The position numbers and the translations under genes are program-made. The notes below the pieces were generated by a model. It saw only the letters and a list, made by a program, of their open reading frames with translations, had not been told where the DNA came from and did no database searches. Shown piece by piece: positions 18,298-24,000 of a stretch of DNA of 24,000 nt (its first letter is position 1; each line of letters begins with the position of its first letter). The DNA is from Candidatus Caldarchaeum sp. (GTDB taxonomy: Archaea > Thermoproteota > Nitrososphaeria_A > Caldarchaeales > Caldarchaeaceae), in contig JAVYLK010000020.1 in NCBI GenBank assembly GCA_038740895.1, positions 2,581-26,580 of the forward strand. The letters run 5' to 3'.

Positions 18298-18942
18298 TTG
18301 TATAGCGATTGTGATTTGCTGTCAGATGTTATCAATAAGAATTCGATTGCCTATAAGCGTTACCAACCTTTAAAAAATTTTCTCTTAGAGAGAACAAACA
18401 GAACCATCTTGATCGATTTGGAAACGGACACTAGGAAGCTCAGGTTTTTAAACAATGAGAGAATCTTGGCGATTGGCCTACTGGAATATTCTTCTTCCGA
18501 CTGTCGCTCGTTGGTTCTCGCAAAAAATAATAACGAATCCGAGAAGAGACTGCTTAGTAGCTTCGACGAGTATTTGGATAATATAGAGCCGGATGTGGTC
18601 GTGGGTTATGGTATACGCTACTATGATATCCCTCTTCTTTCACAGAAGTACACTCTATACCGTAAGGGGCTTAAACTATACGGTCTGAGCGATATGATTG
18701 ACACATCCCTGATAGTTGACCTAGCACCATTCTATGGTTATCGGAAATTAAGCAATATAATCCTTAATCTAGACGGGTTTGATGCACACTGCAAGAGGTT
18801 GGAGCGAGAGTCAGAATCGTCTCAAAAAGCTAGATGGGTTTATGATAAGTGGAGGAAGAGCAGGCGGGGATTCAAAAAATATCTTGAGTGCGACCTGAAA
18901 GCCTGCCGTGAACTCTATGAACAGCTCTTGGGAGAGCTTTGA
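18298..18942 (+). CDS. Standalone DEDDy 3'-5' exonuclease, related to the B-family polymerase exonuclease domain (no polymerase domain)
   Basis: Exo I IDLETD, Exo II-like VVVGYGIRYYDIPLL, Exo III-like KYLECDLKACREL (YxxxD). TTG start at 18298 in track; TTG at 18316 is also possible given a TTTTAT box at 18283-18289. Confidence 0.7.
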   Translation: MYSDCDLLSDVINKNSIAYKRYQPLKNFLLERTNRTILIDLETDTRKLRFLNNERILAIGLLEYSSSDCRSLVLAKNNNESEKRLLSSFDEYLDNIEPDVVVGYGIRYYDIPLLSQKYTLYRKGLKLYGLSDMIDTSLIVDLAPFYGYRKLSNIILNLDGFDAHCKRLERESESSQKARWVYDKWRKSRRGFKKYLECDLKACRELYEQLLGEL

Positions 18943-18943
18943 A

Positions 18944-20389
18944 ATGGGTTCTTTCACCGTTACGTGGGAGGATGTGTACGATTTTCTCAGGTGTCCGAAA
19001 ATCCTAGCCTTTAAGACGATGGGTCTGAGGGTACGCAGGCTGGAAAGACGGAAAACACCGCGTGTTCAGCCGAGTGTCGTAGGAAAGCTTGGTGAAATGC
19101 TGGCGGAGAAGGTAATTCCGTCAGTTACCCGTTCGGCGAAAGCAATGGACATCGGATCCTCTCTGAAAGAGACGTCGCCGAGTTTGTTCAGAGAGGTTGC
19201 AGAACGCCTACCATATCTGAAAAAACGGGTAAAGCTTGTGTCCGAGCAGGTGCTGGGAAGGCCTCTACACCATTCGAGTAATTTGGTTAAGAACATTGTG
19301 AAAAGAGATGTCGTCGGCCTAGTTAAGATTGCGTCTATACTAGGGGAAGAGTACGGGAGACTGAAGGTGGTTGGTAGGTGTGATGTGAAATGGCCCGCCC
19401 TACCATCCCATGCCGTACCTGACCTAATCTTCAAGTCGGAGAGGTCAGGGAGTTATTTGGTTGCGGAGGTAAAGAATGTGGAGAGAGGAGCATCGTCGTT
19501 AGATTCTTATCAGGCAGGGTTCTACAACACTTTAAGCAGGATGGGAGGGCTTGTTTTGGGTAGGAGAAGGGAGGGAGAAGCATTCATTCCCCGGCCGGAA
19601 ACCCTCCCTGCCGAAAAGATATCCACAGTACTGCTTTATCCACGCCATGGATTGGTTGAAGAAGTTGAGAAAGTATTCCGGCTGAAGAGCATACTGAAGG
19701 ATATTTGGGAATCTAAACAGCTAGGGCTTATGGGTTTCCAGCCGGAGTCGCCGAAAAAGGACTACTGCACAAAATGCCAGTGGAGAAAGTTTTGCAGCAA
19801 CTGGTCCAACCAAGGACCTAAAACGAGAACCTTGAGCGAAGTCGCCACGCCGTTACCGCTGATTTACGTAAAGGGTGCGCTGGAGAATGGACTCGATGTC
19901 GATACATACGTTTTCAGAGACTATGTATACGACATCATAGTGGAAATGAAAGTGGAGGTGCGCGACCAGATAATGAAGAGGCTGGACAGAGTTTACAGTC
20001 TAGAGTGGCAGCTACGCTTGCTTCAAAGTGACGGCGCCGAGGCTGAAATTAAGAAACTTGAAAAAGTCGCAGAACAATTGGAAATGAGAGAAAAGGCGGA
20101 AGCTACGCGTCTGATAGCTGATGAACTTGGGTTGTCAGTTAAACAGGCGTCGAAACTATACGAATTTACTTACTTGCGTTACCTTGGTTATGAGAAACCA
20201 ATAATAAGTAAAATAAACCGTGATATGGCCTCTGAGTTAGAGCCTTGGAAGAAAATAGTCAGAAAAACTCGGGTGAAGGCTTGGAAGGTTAGATTTTCTC
20301 AACCTCCGTTCCACTCGTTTTTGACCACGTTAGGATTTCCTCAAAAAAGCGAATATTTAATCAACAAAGCTTGGAACACTTGGGATTAA
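18944..20389 (+). CDS. Cas4-like/RecB-family PD-(D/E)XK nuclease with predicted Fe-S cluster and ~190-aa C-terminal extension
   Basis: N-terminal FLRCPKILAFK; VGKLGEMLAEK; SHAVPDLIFKS; YLVAEVKNVE (E-x-K); SYQAGFY (QxxxY); C-terminal Cys cluster YCTKCQWRKFC. Start set at MGSFTVTWEDVYDFLRC (18944), 1 nt after the previous stop. Confidence 0.78.
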   Translation: MGSFTVTWEDVYDFLRCPKILAFKTMGLRVRRLERRKTPRVQPSVVGKLGEMLAEKVIPSVTRSAKAMDIGSSLKETSPSLFREVAERLPYLKKRVKLVSEQVLGRPLHHSSNLVKNIVKRDVVGLVKIASILGEEYGRLKVVGRCDVKWPALPSHAVPDLIFKSERSGSYLVAEVKNVERGASSLDSYQAGFYNTLSRMGGLVLGRRREGEAFIPRPETLPAEKISTVLLYPRHGLVEEVEKVFRLKSILKDIWESKQLGLMGFQPESPKKDYCTKCQWRKFCSNWSNQGPKTRTLSEVATPLPLIYVKGALENGLDVDTYVFRDYVYDIIVEMKVEVRDQIMKRLDRVYSLEWQLRLLQSDGAEAEIKKLEKVAEQLEMREKAEATRLIADELGLSVKQASKLYEFTYLRYLGYEKPIISKINRDMASELEPWKKIVRKTRVKAWKVRFSQPPFHSFLTTLGFPQKSEYLINKAWNTWD

Positions 20390-20671
20390 CACATCATTCG
20401 AGAACAGACATCCCTAGCAAAGCACGAAATACATGGGAAATACTGGTTAAACAATCGGCCGCAGGCATGTTCATACGGCGCGACCCTAGCATAGTGTTTC
20501 AATCAATTGACAGGCGGGCATCAGACCTAATAGTCTTCCGCTTGAAGGCTGTTAATCGTTTAAAGGCGTGGATTTGAGGTTGTAAGCCTCCCATACTCCC
20601 GCATGTTTGGAACGGAATGTTTTAGCCCAGTCCCAGCAGTCGTCGGAATGTGGGGAGAAATCTATTCACCT

Positions 20672-20691
20672 AACGTTTTTCTGCAAACGTT
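20672..20691. promoter_or_regulatory. Perfect 7-bp inverted repeat AACGTTT-N6-AAACGTT next to a TATA-like TTTAAAT, upstream of the DUF262 gene
   Basis: AACGTTT (20672-20678), ttctgc, AAACGTT (20685-20691), about 30 nt before ATG 20722. Confidence 0.4.
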
Positions 20692-20721
20692 TAAATCATT
20701 TAAGGCCGCCGTTGAAAAGGC

Positions 20722-22335
20722 ATGGTCGAGCTCAGCAAGCTCTACGAAGACCTTGAAATGGGTTATTACGTGGTGCCGGAGATTCAAAGACCATTTGTTT
20801 GGAGAAACCAGCAAGTGGTGGCGTTAGCTAACTCGATTTTCAACAAGCTGCCCATTGGGGCTATTTTCATATGCGAAATACCTAACGACCTGTTAGAAAA
20901 CTACGAAAATCTGTTCAAACCTTTGACAGACGACCTAAAGCTAGCCAACGGTAGATACATGGTTATAGACGGTAGACAACGGCTCACTTCGCTGCTGTTG
21001 TTGAAATATGGCAGAATTCAAATAGGCGGTAAACAAAGACACGTACAGATTTACTTTAATCCTCTGGAGAATGATTTCATTCTAGCCCGTGGAAAACGCA
21101 AGCCCGGCGAGTACTATTTCCCAGTACCGGACATTCTTACCAAAGATACAGTATGGGAACTCTTAGAATCGGTAGAGGCAGAAGTCTCCACTAAAAACAC
21201 TCTCCAAAAACGTTTAGAAAGACTGCGTCAAATTTTCAACACTTACCAGATGCCAATCGTGTCCGTAGAAATGGACTGGAAAAATAGCGACCTCTTACAG
21301 GCATTTGATAGAGTATCGCACATGTTCGTCAACCTCAACGATAGAGGGACAAAGGTGAAGCTCCCCGACTTAGTATTAGCGCTTCTAACGGGCAAGACTG
21401 TGAAAGAAAGTGGAGGAGTCTTCAGGCAGCGGTTCCAGAAGTTCTTGGATGAGCTGGCGAAAAATGATTACGACGTTAATTCGCCGCCTCTCATCAGGAC
21501 GTACATGGCAATATCTACCGGGGAAACTAGGTTCAGGGAAGCCAAAGAGAAGTTAGAGCGTTTTGCAGCCAGTCAGCTCATGAAATATCTCGACGATACC
21601 AAAACAGCTGTAATGGCAACCGTTAAAATGCTCCGCGAATACGGCGTGAGACACAAGTATCTCAAATCTAGCTATTCACTTGTAATACCCTCCTTTTTCA
21701 TCCACAGACACATGCAGTCGAAAACTTATGCAAGTGAAGAGTTCAAAAAAGCGCTTGTCAGGTGGATTATCCTGGCTTCTTTTAACTGGCGTTATACGGG
21801 TAGACTGGAAGGGGACCTTAAAGAAGATATTGAAATGGCGAAGAAAACCCTTAATCCCGCTGAACTTATCACAAACCTCAGGATTAAAGATTTGTCTGAA
21901 GACGAGTTGTCAGGCGAGTATGACGAAAATCACATCAACCTTTTGTCGGTTATTTACGCAGTTAATGGCGCAAGAGACTGGGACATACAGAGGACACAGG
22001 GTGATATGTTGAAGGACCTGAATGATGAGGAAATATCAATTCACCACATCTTCCCAGTTGAACATTTAGAGCAGAAGGGTGTTAAAGAGGAAGTGCTTAA
22101 AAATGATGTGGCAAACATAACCATAATTTCTAAAAAAGCAAACCAAGCGATAGGAGACAAAACGCCGGAGAGTTATCTAAGTGAGCTCCGTAAGAAAGAC
22201 CCTACCCTTCTGGAACGACATTTAATACCGTCTGCCGAGAAATTATTAAAAGCAGAACACTACGAAGACTTTTTGAAGGAGAGGAGACGGCTGATAATTA
22301 ATGAATTCCATAAACACTTCAAGAGCCAAGCCTAA
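20722..22335 (+). CDS. DUF262 + C-terminal DUF1524/HNH domain protein (GmrSD-like, modification-dependent-restriction-type)
   Basis: YYVVPEIQRPFVWRNQQVVALANSIFNKLPIG; YMVIDGRQRLTSLLLL (DGQQR-like); C-terminal SIHHIFPVEHLEQKG...LKNDVANITIISKKANQAIGDKTPESYL. Confidence 0.85.
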   Translation: MVELSKLYEDLEMGYYVVPEIQRPFVWRNQQVVALANSIFNKLPIGAIFICEIPNDLLENYENLFKPLTDDLKLANGRYMVIDGRQRLTSLLLLKYGRIQIGGKQRHVQIYFNPLENDFILARGKRKPGEYYFPVPDILTKDTVWELLESVEAEVSTKNTLQKRLERLRQIFNTYQMPIVSVEMDWKNSDLLQAFDRVSHMFVNLNDRGTKVKLPDLVLALLTGKTVKESGGVFRQRFQKFLDELAKNDYDVNSPPLIRTYMAISTGETRFREAKEKLERFAASQLMKYLDDTKTAVMATVKMLREYGVRHKYLKSSYSLVIPSFFIHRHMQSKTYASEEFKKALVRWIILASFNWRYTGRLEGDLKEDIEMAKKTLNPAELITNLRIKDLSEDELSGEYDENHINLLSVIYAVNGARDWDIQRTQGDMLKDLNDEEISIHHIFPVEHLEQKGVKEEVLKNDVANITIISKKANQAIGDKTPESYLSELRKKDPTLLERHLIPSAEKLLKAEHYEDFLKERRRLIINEFHKHFKSQA

Positions 22336-22378
22336 CTCTCTATTGAAGAAATTTATGTCAGCATCGTAGTATTGGTTC

Positions 22379-23008
22379 ATGAGTTCCCGGGTCATTATGT
22401 TGGCCGCTCTTCTTGCGGCTGGTCTTGTTGCAGGGTTTGGGGCCGGAGCTTTCATCAGACCAGTTACCCATACGGAGACTCTCCGATTAACACTGACCGA
22501 GAGCGTTGTCTCCACCACTACTGTTCCAACCACACTTACAACATCCACGACAGCAACGCTTACCAAACCCACTACAATGACAGCATATATAACACAGACC
22601 ACGAGCAAATTTATTACGACAACTGTCAGGTCAACCATAAGGACGACAACCACAAACACCGCCACCACATATGTGGTCTTTGTCACCACCGTCTACCCAG
22701 CTGAAAGGGGAACGGTGCTGGTTAGCGATAGAGGTAGTGGAGACAAGGAGACAAGACCCTTCACGCTAGACTCAACATCAGACCTCAGGCTGAAGCTAAG
22801 GATAACAGCTAGAGCAGACCTACGGTATGTCGGCCTAAGCTGGTATCTCTACCAAGTTGGTGCCACACGATACTTTAAGTCAGGCAGTATTGATGAAGAG
22901 CAGGGAGTGTTTGAGTTTTACCTAGCGGCTATACCTGCTGGAAACTGGTATGTCAAAATACTGGCTGCCAACTGCAACTGGGAGCTCATAGTCGAGAAGG
23001 TGACGTAG
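22379..23008 (+). CDS. Putative surface-anchored/secreted protein: N-terminal TM, Thr-rich stalk, beta-rich C-terminal domain
   Basis: VIMLAALLAAGLVAGFGAGAFI membrane segment; ~75 aa Thr-rich stretch (TTTVPTTLTTSTTATLTKPTTMTAYITQTTSKFITTTVRSTIRTTTTNTATTY); aromatic/hydrophobic alternating C-terminus. TATA-like AAATTTATG ~25 nt upstream. Confidence 0.65.
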   Translation: MSSRVIMLAALLAAGLVAGFGAGAFIRPVTHTETLRLTLTESVVSTTTVPTTLTTSTTATLTKPTTMTAYITQTTSKFITTTVRSTIRTTTTNTATTYVVFVTTVYPAERGTVLVSDRGSGDKETRPFTLDSTSDLRLKLRITARADLRYVGLSWYLYQVGATRYFKSGSIDEEQGVFEFYLAAIPAGNWYVKILAANCNWELIVEKVT

Positions 23009-23097
23009 AGGTTCTGACATATCACCTGAGAAGTGTTCCCATTTTCACCCTACTCTCCCATCTTATATTGCCGCAGTTGATGGTATTTTTTATTACA

Positions 23098-23355
23098 ATG
23101 GATTGCCGTCGTAGGCTTGGGGAGGAGCTTGGCAGATGGTCTGGTTTCAGAGACGCTCTTCTACAGAATGAGAGAGAGGTGTTTGACAGGCTTGTGGATA
23201 ATTCTCTCAAGTATGCACGTGGTGCTCAGGCGTATTCTGAGAGGGGTGTTTTCGACCTTTTCGTCATGTCCTCGCTCCTGTCTCATGAGGAAAGACTCCG
23301 CATGCTTGAGAAGATGCTCAACGTAGGAATGAGGGTTGATGGAAGGCTTTTGTAG
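23098..23355 (+). CDS. Small hypothetical, predicted mostly alpha-helical protein
   Basis: MDCRRRLGEELGRWSGFRDALLQNEREVFDRLVDNSLKYARGAQAYSERGVFDLFVMSSLLSHEERLRMLEKMLNVGMRVDGRLL; amphipathic charged helices. ORF track starts at 23068. Confidence 0.45.
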   Translation: MDCRRRLGEELGRWSGFRDALLQNEREVFDRLVDNSLKYARGAQAYSERGVFDLFVMSSLLSHEERLRMLEKMLNVGMRVDGRLL

Positions 23356-24000
23356 CGTATGGTATTTGGATGCGCAGGCTGCCCCAGCTCATGATAACTA
23401 CAGTCATTCTATTAACGGGTTTAATCATAGTTTTAGCCACGCTCGCCATGGTCACTAGGAATGCTTCGGGCTTCACGCATGGTGGTTGACGTGAACGGCT
23501 TAACCAACAGGTCTTTCAAGCCTGATGGGCAGGCCTGTGTTGATAGAGTGGTGCCCGCACTGCAGCAATAGAGCTGTACCAAGCCTATGTTGGCATGGTT
23601 GTGTTCATAATAGTGGCCGGGGGTATACAGGTGGTGTGAAGGCTAGTTAAAGCGGCTCAGGAGGCTGACAAACATGATGGTGTCAATCATTTGACATTTA
23701 TATAGTTTTAGACAACTGTTGTAATACTGCTCCATATTTTTAGATAGCTGTCGAGGCAAAAAATTGTCATCAACACCACAACAACCTACGGTGTTTCCTA
23801 CGTGTTATAACAGCCTACTGTGTTATTATGGGTTCTGCTGCTTTGGGCAAATTGGTGTTCGACGGCTGTCGTTGGTCTGAAACAACGCCTGATTCACGTA
23901 AGCTTCGGCTTTCTACACAGTGTTTTCTCCATGTGTTATGGTAGTACGTTTCGGAGAATTTTTGACGCCTTGAAACCCTGCCTAAATCCCTGAAGTTTCG

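Noticed and set aside
18298-20389. CRISPR adaptation module (because of the Cas4-like protein)
   Set aside because: No cas1, cas2, effector or repeat array was found; no direct-repeat array with regular spacing is visible anywhere in the window. The long C-terminal extension also does not fit adaptation Cas4.
20371-20577. 68-aa ORF MEHLGLTHHSRTDIPSK...
   Set aside because: It starts out of frame inside the end of the Cas4-like gene, has no recognisable motif and lies in a gap ahead of a separate promoter. Not supportable.
16833-22335. Accessory genes as a classical integrative element inserted into tRNA-Leu
   Set aside because: Elements normally attach at the tRNA 3' end, which faces the liv genes (16833), whereas the accessory region lies on the 5' side. 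I saw no duplicated tRNA 3' fragment, integrase or recombinase in the window.

Overview
The window looks archaeal: TATA-like boxes sit about 25-30 nt upstream of many start codons, leaders are missing or very short, and one tRNA-Leu carries an insertion. Bases 1-16.6 kb are a metabolic/transport region. They encode an MBL-fold lactonase-like hydrolase (cut by the window edge), a FAD monooxygenase, a 3-hydroxyisobutyrate-dehydrogenase-like protein, a class V aminotransferase, a UbiD-family decarboxylase and a HemL-like class III aminotransferase, followed by two complete branched-chain/amide-type (Liv) ABC transporters. In the second transporter the ATPase genes are convergent to the permease genes. 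A tRNA-Leu(CAG) with a ~30-nt insertion in the D-arm region lies at 16833-16947 (-). The flank beyond it is accessory: a frameshifted secreted-protein gene, a standalone PolB-like DEDDy exonuclease, a Cas4-like Fe-S PD-(D/E)XK nuclease with an unexplained C-terminal extension, a DUF262-HNH (GmrSD-like) protein and a Thr-rich surface protein. The strongest candidate for an undescribed system is the exonuclease + Cas4-like nuclease pair (18298-20389), possibly with the DUF262-HNH gene (20722-22335). All family assignments come from motif reading only; no database search was run.
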